DNA from: Proteromonas lacertae
Taxonomy: Eukaryota
Length of the DNA stretch: 64,000 nt
NCBI GenBank assembly: GCA_002245135.1
Contig: NGBS01000004.1
Span: 62,001 to 126,000 of the forward strand
Direction: 5' to 3'
The position numbers and the translations under genes are program-made. The notes under the pieces are model-generated. The model saw nothing but the letters and a program-made list of their open reading frames with translations. It did no database searches and was not told the origin of the DNA. Shown in pieces: positions 26,598-38,058 of the stretch (position 1 is its first letter; the number at the start of each line of letters is the position of its first letter).

Positions 26598-27218
26598 TCT
26601 ATATATAATTAGTATAATTGCAAATAAATAAGATATGAATTGATATAATAGTTGTAGATATGTGAGGACAATAAAGAAATAGATTCATAATATACATTAG
26701 ATGTTGATAAGATAGTAAATTGAATTAACTGAAATATGCGTTATTATGAAACGAATGATCTGTTTGGGGTTTTATCAAACTTTTTCTCAAGCCTAGTTTT
26801 GATTTTTACTCATTTCTTCAACGTTATATAAGAAAATGGATATGGCAAATGTTATGAATTATTAATTGCGACTGAATTACATGATTTAGAAAAGTAATGG
26901 TTATTAAATGACATTTGTTGAATGTCATTCAACTTTATTAAATCATTATCTGCATTCAAAACGTTCTTATCAAATAAATGTATCATATTGTTAATAGTTA
27001 AATTTCGATTTTGATGTGAAATTGACTTTATTAGTGTGAAGTTGATGATATTTAATAAATATACATAATTATTATCATTCGTATTGTAATAATATTATAT
27101 AATTACATGTGTTTTAACATTTACATTTCTAATATGATTGAAAATTTAAACAATCCCAATAAAAATACATTATTATAATGTAATTAATGTAAGTCCGCGA
27201 TTAAAAATTATATTATCT

Positions 27219-27580
27219 CTAATTTGATGTTTGCTTCTTCTTAGCAATAGTTACTTGTTCTCTCTTTACTGAATTTAATAATATTTGTGAGCTTTCTACA
27301 ATCTTCATGTAAGCTGATTCAGTTTCTGTGATGGTTCTGTCATAATCATCTCTGGCTTGACCTTTAATAACTAAAGAATTATTAATCTTTTGTAAACGAT
27401 CAGTTAAAACAGATAAATCTCTTTGGATTTTTGCTTTCTCTTCTTCTTCTTTTAAGATCTGTCTATTTACTTCTTCTCTCTTCTCTCTTAAATCCTCAAT
27501 ACCTATCAAATAACACTCATATCTATACATCTGACTAATTCATTATTGAAGTTTTGAAGTGATGATCCTTGTGCTGCCAT
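27219..27580 (-). CDS. SSNA1: SSNA1/DIP13 copy 2, divergent (intron 27503-27528)
   Basis: same length and intron position; LQNFNNE, KINNSLVIKGQ and ESAYMKIVESSQILL variants. Confidence 0.92.
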
Positions 27581-28256
27581 TCTATAGTAATATAAATTTA
27601 AGATCCTTAACAATTTGTATCCAGATAAGATAAGCGTAGTAAATGAGTACTACGTGGGTGATTAATAGCTTTAATATGTGTAAGCATATATACATTGAGT
27701 GATTCTTTAGTTATGAAATTCAATTAAAAAATAAAACGAAGGTTTGGATTTTGTCAAGCTTGTTTTTTTCGTTTTTATGAACATTATAGAAACTTCATTA
27801 AATTGATAATAGAATTATCTAGTTTGATGTTTTTTTATGTATTTGATTGTAAAATAATATAGTTTTTTAATCTGAATTACTGGAATTATAATAGATATAA
27901 ATGCTATATATTACCTAACAGAATATTATTCATCATATATTATCTATATTTCATTGTTTTGTCACACACAAAAACAAAATTTCCAAAATGTTCGATATAT
28001 GTCATTTTATATCCTAAATAATCTTGCTAATATATAACGAAGAAGAATACAACTTTCTAAAATATTTTTGGAATATAATGACAATTGAAACGTTAAAGAT
28101 AATTGTAAAAAAATATTGATATAATACTGACTTTATTAAGAATACATAAATGTAATATTGGTTATGACATTATGCATTTCCATAATTCAACAAAAAATGG
28201 TCATTAAAAATAATATTAGACTTAAAAATACGTGGTGTTTACTACTAAGATACAGT

Positions 28257-28618
28257 CTAGTTTGATGTTTGCTTCTTCTTTGTAAGAGTAACTTGTTCTC
28301 TCTTTACTGAATTTAATAATACTTGAGAGCTTTCCAAAATCTTCATGTAAGCTGCTTCGGTTTCTGTGATTGTCTTATCATAATCATCTCTGGCTTGATT
28401 CTTACGGATCAAAGATTCGTTTAATTTTTGGAGACGATCAGTTAAAACAGATAAATCTCTTTGGATTTTTGCTTTTTCTTCTTCTTCTTTTAAGATTTGT
28501 CTGTTGACTTCTTCTCTTTTTTCTCTTAAATCCTCAATACCTATTCAATAATACTTTTAACTATACATCTGACTAATTCATTATTGTAATTTTGGAGTGA
28601 TGATCCTTGTGCTGCCAT
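28257..28618 (-). CDS. SSNA1: SSNA1/DIP13 copy 3 (intron 28541-28566)
   Basis: protein same as copy 1; near-identical DNA. Confidence 0.93.
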
Positions 28619-29406
28619 TCTATATGATATAAATATATAATTCTTTTATAGTAGTTATAGAAGGTTAGATTAGCTTAATATGTGCAAGATATGTAAGTTT
28701 AAATGATATAAATGTATAAATAATACATACTTTTATTGATATTGGAATATGTTAAGTAACAGAAATAAAACGAAGATTTGAGATTGATCAAACTTATGGA
28801 GTTAAAAAATGTCGTTTTTTATTTCGTTATTTTTTTGAGTTATTGATTTTATTTGGCAATTGCATGTGTTATGATTATATAAATGCGTTTGAGTAGTATT
28901 TTGAAGTAATTAGCGTTAATTATAAAGTTATTACAAAGAATTCATTTATAGTCTATTTTTTATGTGAAAATATCAATTTAGATAGGAATCCTAACAATTA
29001 TTAGTTGATTATAGAAATTTGACAATTAGATGTTTTTATATAAGATCATTGCAGAAAATGCAATAAAATGCAACAATTAAATTATTATGATAGAAATATC
29101 CAATATTGATGAAAACTAATATTAGAAATTTCATTTATTTTAATAACTAAAGACATTTTGAAATAGTGAATCCTATAATTTCTTGTAAGTCTTTCTAATG
29201 ATATACAATTGACTCGTTATTGTTATACAAGTACAAAAGAGAAATAGTGAAATCTCAAAATTGATTTGTGATTATTCTCATAATTACTTTAAAAATAACT
29301 TTATTCAATTCTTTTATACTATGTGCATATTGTTACAATAATTAAATAATTATTACCATTTCTGATTAGATTTTACACTTGAATGTACATTTTCTTTTTA
29401 TTATTT

Positions 29407-29848
29407 TTAATTAATAACCCAATATAAAACGACATTCACTATGAAATTAAAATAATATATGAATAAAGTTGAGTAGGTAATATAAATTAGTTTGAATGTT
29501 TGCTTCTTCTTTGTAAGAGTAACTTGTTCTCTCTTTACTGAATTTAATAATACTTGAGAGCTTTCCAAAATCTTCATGTAAGCTGCTTCGGTTTCTGTGA
29601 TTGTCTTATCATAATCATCTCTGGCTTGATTCTTACGGATCAAAGATTCGTTTAATTTTTGGAGACGATCAGTTAAAACAGATAAATCTCTTTGGATTTT
29701 TGCTTTTTCTTCTTCTTCTTTTAAGATTTGTCTGTTGACTTCTTCTCTTTTTTCTCTTAAATCCTCAATACCTATTCAATAATACTTTAACTATACATCT
29801 GACTAATTCATTATTGTAATTTTGGAGTGATGATCCTTGAGCTGCCAT
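29407..29848 (-). CDS. SSNA1: SSNA1/DIP13 copy 4 (intron 29772-29796); an extra base at about 29495 bypasses the stop at 29487
   Basis: near-identical to copy 1 up to KKKQT, then reads FKLIYITY...WVIN. Confidence 0.85.
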
Positions 29849-30460
29849 TCTATATATAATTAGTATAATTGCAAATAAATAAGATATAAATTGATATAAT
29901 AGTTGTAGATATGCATTATATATATGATTATATTGTTTAATAATTCATACTTTTAGAGATAATAAAGAAAACTAAAATTAATGAAATATCGTTTATAATG
30001 AAACGGACAATTTGCAGTTGTTTAACGAACTTTTTGAATATTAAAGTAAAAATAACGATATGTAACGAATAACTGCATAATTTTTAAAAATATACAATAC
30101 AAGGAAGTATTTTGAGTATTGTAGTGATGAATATAATTACAAAATAACAATCATTTGAATGTAATTTATTTGTGAATCGTAGGCAGTTGAAATAGAAATG
30201 TATTTTTACCGCTAGACATAATATTGATGATAATCATATATGAAGGCAGCAATTCATTTTCTTAATTAGATATTTTATCTTCATAACTGTTATATACTAG
30301 AATAAAGAAATAACATATATTAAATAATTTCTTTATTACTTGTAATTCATAATATTTATTGAGAAAAAACAAAATACACAAAATGTGTAATACACTTGTA
30401 TTAATAATTCAACCAATAGAAATCTAGAAGTAATTAAATCACTCAGGCATCTATAATTTC

Positions 30461-31115
30461 ATGGTATTTTATTAACTCTAAATACATTATATCATTTCTA
30501 ACTATATCTACTACTTCATATCTATCAATTTGGTATTTTAAAGTTAAACTAACAACCCAAATACTGAATTGATTTGTTATCTCGACTCAGTGGCATTTAG
30601 AAAATCATTTTCAATGTCTAACTAATTTATAAATTAATATATTATACTTTATGCTATTTTATCTATAGGGTAAGCGTTTCATTAAACCAGGTCGTGTAGT
30701 AGTTGTGTTATCAGGCAAATATGCTGGACGTAAAGCAGTTATCATGAAAACTTCAGATAACCCTTCAGGAACCAAAAAATTTGCACATGCTATTGTTGCT
30801 GGTATTGACAGATATCCAAGAAAGATTACAAAATCAATGACCTCAAAGAAAACTATCAGACGTGCTCGTATAAAGCCATTCATTAAAGCAATAAACTACA
30901 ATCATGTTATGCCAACAAGATATGAAGTAGATTGGGATGTAAAGAAATTTATTCCAGAAACCGGAGCTAATGGTGCAGTTGTTCCAGAAAATATTAAGAA
31001 ATCAAAGAAAGATTTAAAAGATTTCTTACAAAAGGCTTATTTAAATACAGAAAATGGTAAAGATGAACCAGCAAAGATTGCTTCAGCTTATTTCTTCACT
31101 AAATTACACTTCTAA
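30461..31115 (+). CDS. RPL27: 60S ribosomal protein eL27; ATG followed by probable 205-nt intron 30464-30668
   Basis: GKRFIKPGRVVVVLSGKYAGRKAVI; NYNHVMPTRY; YFFTKLHF. Start position inferred. Confidence 0.93.
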
Positions 31116-31216
31116 GGGGAATATCACATGCCTGAGATATGTTTTAATTGATTTTGTTTTGGATTAATAAAAAACAAAAAATAATAATTAATATAAACGA
31201 ACAAAAAAACATTATA

Positions 31217-32566
31217 TTATTCATAAATATTAACTGAGCCATCTCCACCACAAGAAGCAATAGTAGATTCAAGTAAAGGATGAAATTTAACATCAGTACA
31301 AACTCTGTCATGTGCTTTTATTCTTTTCATAACACTGGCATTACGACTATTATAAAAATATATGCAACCATTCGAAGAACCACTCAATACTATAGATCCA
31401 TCTGGTGAATAGGAACATCTTATCTTATTCAGTCCAACATGATGCGCCTCATATCTTTTTCTAGTGTTCAATTTATAAGGAGGTCTTGTTGAGAATTGAG
31501 CAATGTAATTACCTTTTGATTCAGCTATGAATTGATCTAATTTTGGATGTTTTGCCAAACTTGTACAACCATGTCCTTCCATATATATTTGATTGGATAA
31601 TCTAATACCAGCATTAAAATCCCATACAATTATAGCTTTATCTAATGAATTTCTTTGTTTTGGTTCAGCTGATGAGATAAAAGATTCATTCTAATTATCA
31701 TAATAACGAATAAGTAAAATATTATACATTTAAAAACATTAAATCATATACTTCACCAAACACTGATCTATATTGATGATTTGGTAATACTTTATGGCTT
31801 CTAATATCCCAACAAACTATACCAGCAGCTTTACTACCTATTAAAAACATATTTTCATCTTTAGGATGAAAAGCAACACATGTTACTTCACTATAATAAA
31901 TATATTTTAATATATAACAAATAAAATATACAAGTTATGTTTGAATGAATCACTGATACTACCTGTTTCTACATCTAATAAATGAGCATATTTATCTAAT
32001 GAACATGATAATAATTTCTTATTATCTTTACTCCATTTAACATCTCTAACTCCTTTCTCATATTCAAGTGTTAATATACTATCTGCTTTTCTAAATACAT
32101 CATAGATTTTGACTGTATGATCCAGTGATGCTGAAGCCAACAAATGACCTTGTATATTACTCCACTGAATAGTTGTGACTAATTGTGTATGTTCATTGAA
32201 TTGATAAATCAAATCTGTAGGAATTCTATTATTTTCACGTTTTCTAGTTATAATATATTAATTAACCAATATTAATTACTTTTTCATAACCTTTTCTAAT
32301 AAATCTGGTATTTCAAGTGATGAATGATATTCATCTTCAATTTTTAAACACGGATATTGTTTACCTATGGTATATAAAATTTCTTCATCCTTTTTAGAAA
32401 TATATTCACCGTATTTTCTCTCTACTTGCGGATTTTCTTCATATACTACATCATTTTCTTCTTCAGAACTGTCACTATCATCATCATCGTCGATAAAACG
32501 TGGTCTTTCTCTTTTTGTAGGTTTATTCTCTTCTGGGTCAGAAGAATAACCTTTTAATAAATCCAT
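31217..32566 (-). CDS. WDR25: WD40 repeat protein, WDR25-like
   Basis: MDLLKGYSSD start; FIAESKGNYIAQFS..KRYEAH..SPDG..HPLLESTIASC. Confidence 0.8.
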
Positions 32567-32599
32567 AAGCTTGATTATTGTTTGATAAGAATTAAAGAA

Positions 32600-33514
32600 A
32601 TGTCTGGTTTTATCATAGGCAAAAGGTATATTCCAATAACTATAATACAGTACGAAGCTATGGATTGGGAATATTGATCCTGATGTTACAAATTCATATA
32701 TTGAGGAGGAAGTTTATAAGTATGTTATTAGAAATCTTAATTTAATAGGAGATCTCAAGGAGTAGAAAACTTCCAGAGAGTAGTGGCAGGATCTGGCAAG
32801 CCAGACTACTTTATTGTTACATTTCCTTCTTTCAGTAGTGCTGCTTCATGTAAAAATGGATTTAGAGACTTTAGAATTGATGGAAATAAAATAATAGTTA
32901 GTTGGTATATAGATAAAGGAATAATATGGATTAAAAATCTTAGGTATGTTACTTATATATATATATATATAGTAAAGATATGACTCGTGAAGGATTGATA
33001 TCATCATTTGAGCAATTCGGTGAAATAATAGGAGGAGATATAATAAAATGTCCTTTTAGTGGGAAGTGTAAAGTATAATAAAACAATAGAATAATATTTA
33101 TATATTTTGATAGGGATGCGGTTGGTTACATTTTAAGAAAAGAACAGCCGCATGTTACGTAGTAATGGCATGTGAAGAGAATCTATTTATGATAGGAGGA
33201 TATCCAATTCCATTAGAAGTATCATTGGCACAAGAATATAGTATATATATATATATAATATAACAATATTAGCTGAATCATATGAAAAAATAAGACAAGA
33301 ACCACAACCCCACTTTGCACAACCAGGTACTCTTGAATGGGAATTTGCTACAGAATTAAGAAAAGCACAAATGAGAATAAAAGCAGAAATGTATGCAATA
33401 AAAGGAATTCACAGGAATGAAATGAAAACTATCTGTGCAAGGCATATAAAAGATCTTGCAAGTTATAAAGAGAAGATTGCGAAATTGAAACAAATAGTTG
33501 AACCACACAAATAA
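32600..33514 (+). CDS. tandem RRM protein with NOPS-like segment and coiled coil (DBHS-like)
   Basis: spliced LWIGNID, KGCGWLHF, ENLFMIGGYPIPLEV, PHFAQPGTLEWEFA. Confidence 0.7.
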
Positions 33515-33544
33515 AAATGAATTTAAATAAATGAAAATAATTAT

Positions 33545-34117
33545 TTATTCTTTCTTTGTTTTTGATGTTTGTTTTTTCTTCTTCATTAATATTGTCACTC
33601 TATCTGAAGCTAGCAATATCATTGCTCCCATAATTGTGATATTCTTTACAAAATGTATAAATTGTGTTTGATCAAATGATGGTATAATGAAATTATGTTG
33701 TAAAACAGTTAACTATTATCATATATTGTATAAATTATACACATAAGAATGGTACAAGTAGAAAATAGCAAGTTAATTGATAATCACCAGATAAAATAAA
33801 CAATGAACCTATTGATCTATATAAATATTGAAATACCAAATAACTTGAGTATTTCACATAACATTAAAATTTCACTCATGTGATAATATATAAATCCATA
33901 TCCATAATTAAGTGTGATTAACTTTTGTCTATTACTATTATATCAATAATTATACTGTAGTGTTGCTAAATATATTGCAAACTCTTGGGTTCCATAATAA
34001 AAAGAAATTAAAGCTATTTGCAGTATAGATATAATATTTTCTCATACAACTCATTGCTGATATTAGAAAAAACGAACAAAAGAGTAGTCTACCAAAAAAA
34101 ATTATTATAAGTCTCAT
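33545..34117 (-). CDS. small ER membrane protein, HR-lesion-inducing/SURF4/DoxX-like (absent from ORF track)
   Basis: spliced FGRLLFCSFFLISA...HFVKNITIMGAMILL and Lys-rich end KTKKE. Confidence 0.7.
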
Positions 34118-34201
34118 TTTTCAAATAAAACAAAAAGAAGAAACGAATAGAATTTTAAAAATATATTTATTTTCTTTTCGATTTTTTGTGAGGAATAGAA
34201 T

Positions 34202-34925
34202 ATGTCACTTTCATTTACTCCAATAATATTCTTTATTTATGCATTTATTGGTGGTGTATGCTCTTCAATGTTTGGACCAGGACCTATAGCAGCAATGGTT
34301 CTTAAAGTATTCATTATAGTGTAATTTAATTATACAATAGTATTGTGCGAAGAAACAAAATAAATATGCAAAATATTTTGCACTAGGAGCTTCAATTTCA
34401 GAATCACTTTATGCTGGAGTTGCATTATGGGGAATGAATAGTTTTTTAATGGAATGGACAAAGCCAATAATGCCATATGCAAAGTATTTATTTTCTTATT
34501 TATTTTGTTTTAACAGATTAGTTGCTGGAGTAATAGCAATAGCATTAGGTTATTCATTAACAATATTTGTACTTAAAGATGTATGGGATGATTCAGATAA
34601 AGCATCTGAAAAACCTCGTGATGTTCAAGCTTCATTCTTGTTAGGTTTTACCATTAGTTTTGTGAATGTTGCTTTATTAGGAACTTGGTCAGGTATTTGT
34701 GCAATGATATTATCAGATTCTTTAAGACCATCTCTTATTTCAATATTCTTTTTTACATTAGGAGCTATGTCTGGAATATTTTCATGGTTTAATGTGATAA
34801 TAAAAGTGATTTCAATGTATAGAAATAAATTATCAAATCAAGTGATTTGTAAGGCTATTCATGGTTTAGGATATATTTTAATTACCGCAGGATGTATTAT
34901 ATTAATTATTGCAATGTTCTTTTAA
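34202..34925 (+). CDS. LysE/RhtB-like membrane translocator
   Basis: GPGPIAAMVL..FALGASISESLYAGVALWG; SFLLGFTISFVN; about 6 TM segments; two introns. Confidence 0.7.
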
Positions 34926-34999
34926 AAATGTATATTATGTCAAGACAAAAGAATAAAGATAGGAAAAGATGTGTTTGTAATTAGTTCTAAATAATTATT

Positions 35000-35776
35000 T
35001 TAATTAAGACAAGAACATTTTCCATCTTTTACTGAACAAGATCCTTTATCTTTACATGATTTTGAAGCATCTACAAATGAAATTGATCTATATCCTCTCT
35101 TTTCTACATTTTGACATACTTTACCTTCTGGTACTGATAATGCTGATGCACTCCATCTGCCAGCATTACATACATAAGTAACCTGAACTACAATTGCATT
35201 GATTTTCGCATGTTTTTTCACCAGCCACTACAGGTTTGTTGTTGATTAAACATTGAACATTTTTCATTACCATATATACGATTTGCACATACAGATTGAT
35301 TAGTTGGATCACATAATGATTCTATATGTAATTCTTTTGTTTTTGGATTGATTCCACATGTTTCAGTTTCTATAAGTTTTAATAGTATATATAATACCTT
35401 TCAAAGGATGATATTCCCATTTTTTGTTTTTACAGATTAAAAATCCTTTATTTGCTGTACATTCACTTTCGCATTTTACTGCATTTTCTGCATCACAGAA
35501 CAAGCCTTCACAGTTAATCAGTTTGTAACCTTGAGCATTTGAAGTGGCATTAACAATTTTGTTTTTGATACACACATGACCAACTATATACATTTATATT
35601 ATAGCAGTAATAATACAGGGTAATTGCTTAGCTAATTTCTTGCCATTTGACCATTCAAAATAGTATGTATTACATTTTGCAACATCATTACATATTATAG
35701 TTCCATCTACGTATTTTGCTGATGATGCAGATATAAATATGACAATAACTAATAAGAAAAGGTAATAGTTTGACAT
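35000..35776 (-). CDS. secreted small Cys-rich protein
   Basis: signal peptide MSNYYLFLLVIVIFISASSA; Cys-rich exons joined by short introns. Confidence 0.7.
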
Positions 35777-35975
35777 TTAAATTAGTTCTCCGGATAGAAA
35801 AGTTGTAGCGAAGTAAAGAACAAGTAGAAAGTGAAGAAATAAAGGATTTATATTATGTAACTTTATTGATTAAAGTATATTATTTATTATAATATGAGAT
35901 TTATGAGTAGAAACAAAAAAATGAGGATTAATCATACGATTAAATATTCATAACATAAACATTTAACAAATTAAA

Positions 35976-36374
35976 TTAGTTTCTACTAACTAAGCACTTT
36001 TATATTGTTTTACAGACGATTGATAACTATTGATTTAAAATCATAAATAATACTCTAGTTCTTCTTTATCGTGTTTTCGTTTTGATGCAATCATCTATAA
36101 ATAACAATAATTGGAAATATACTTGTTGTGCTTTAGTATAAAAACTCAAAATATCACTGTTTGGTGTAATCTTTATGTCTACTTTATAATATATTAAAAA
36201 TACTATATTCAGGAGGTGGTAAAGTATTGTAGGTAGGTACAACTCTCATTGGTTTCTTGTTAGTAGTTGGCTTGAAATAATTAGAATAATTATAAATACA
36301 TTAATTGTATTAGAGGTGTAATTGATAAAGCTATTTTCCGAATAGGTTGGAAGGTTGGATAACGCAGAACTCAT
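35976..36374 (-). CDS. small DDA1-like protein (4 introns; absent from ORF track)
   Basis: MSSALSNLPTYSENSF...VPTYNTLPPPE..DIL resembles the DDA1 N-terminal motif. Confidence 0.55.
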
Positions 36375-36484
36375 CAGAAAAATGAGAAAAACAAAATAAT
36401 CATTCAAACTAGAAACTATCCGTTACGAAACAAAAAAATTCTTCTCAAAAACCCAAATCGATAAAATCAAAACGTATATAAACT

Positions 36485-37640
36485 TTATTCTAATGAATTT
36501 CTACATATTTGTTCATAAATACTATCAACAATCTGTTCTTTTCCCACTTTTGATATTGCCCATAAAATATCCTGTTTAGTTATTTGATGCTTTACTTTCT
36601 TCTTTGGTGACTTAGTTCGAGATGAATTAGGTGTAGAATCTGTTGATTTATTATTAATATTACTATTGTTAGGAGTATTTTGTTGTTGTTGTTGTTGTTT
36701 TAGTTTATTTTCAATTATCTGTTTCTGTAGTGATTGTTGTGGTTGTTGTTGAGATGGCTGTGAATGTGTTAAAGTTGATTCTTTCTCTAATTGAACTGTT
36801 TTATCAACTAAAGGAGTAATAGTCAATTCTTTATTCTTTGAATATTTTTTATTCTGTTTTACTAAATCATATCTTGGAGTATTTCGAGGTGTTATTGTGG
36901 TTGAATTAATATAAGGAGATGATGCTGATGAAGTAGCAACATTATTATCATTATCATTGTTATTGTTATTATTTCTATTATTTCTTTTTATTAGTTTCTC
37001 ATCAAAATCTTGTTCTGATTTTGTTGATTTTATTCTTTTATTCTTAATAGTTTCATTGTGTATTTGCGTTTCTAATGGCAGTGGTGGTGGTGGTGAAGGA
37101 GGAGGAGGTGATGATGATGGAGGAGGTGGTGGAGGTGGATGTAACGGTGAAACATCTTCTGATTTAGCTATTGATAGATTCTGAAGTATTGAACTGAGAT
37201 CTGAATCTGACATTTGACCATGTGATGATATCGTACTCTCTGTTTTAGAAAAATCATCTTCTGGGGGAGGAGGGGGAGGTGGTGGTGGAGGAATCAAGGA
37301 TGAAGATGAAGAAGGTGATTGTTGAATTGGAATAGGTGAGATTGGTTTTTTATTTACAGTAATAATAGATTGATGATATGATCTGTGTGTAGAAGATGCT
37401 TTTGAACTATATGAAAAAGAAGGGCTTTGATTTTCTGCATTATTTTTTTGTGGTGATTCTTTTTTAATTATATATGGTTGTGTATCAGATCTTCTTGGCA
37501 ATTTAAAGGCTTCCCTCAAATAATCAGGAATGGACACATCTATTTCATCATCCTTTTAAAATTATAGAAGCTTATAATTATACTCTAGCTTTATGTGATA
37601 TACTCGAACCACTTCTCCTGCTCTGTTGTGATTTTCTCAT
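36485..37640 (-). CDS. proline-rich low-complexity protein
   Basis: poly-Pro, Q and N tracts; one 5' intron joins ATG 37640 to the 350-aa ORF. Confidence 0.75.
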
Positions 37641-38058
37641 TTTTTAAATTATCAAACTTGTTTGACAGTTATAAATTGAATTTTATTGATTTTCTAGATA
37701 TTGAATGAGCAAATAGTATCAAATACTTTTCCATAAACTTAATCTTAGAAGAACAGACAAGTGAATTTGGTTTTTTCGTTTTTAATGTAATTGTCGATTC
37801 ATTTGCTAATATATTTATGATAAAATAGAGTGTTCTAAAAGTCATAATCCAAATAATCTTATATTTTATGAGTGTTTTATAAAAAGTTCAAAATAATGAG
37901 TAATTTGCTAAGAAATCTGGATATTATTAAACATTTTTATTGCATAAGCATAACATGTATTAATAGCAACTCATACAAATCTAAATTGATTCAGTAATTT
38001 CAATCATTTTCTAACATGAAACTGTAACAAAATTCTTATTTTTTTATGTTTCATTTTT

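Noticed and set aside
26236..29848. Repeats as a transposon or CRISPR-like array
   Set aside because: The units are spliced SSNA1 genes; no TIRs, spacers or cas genes
7908..33260. (TA)n runs in introns as a functional repeat system
   Set aside because: Ordinary slippage microsatellites in AT-rich introns
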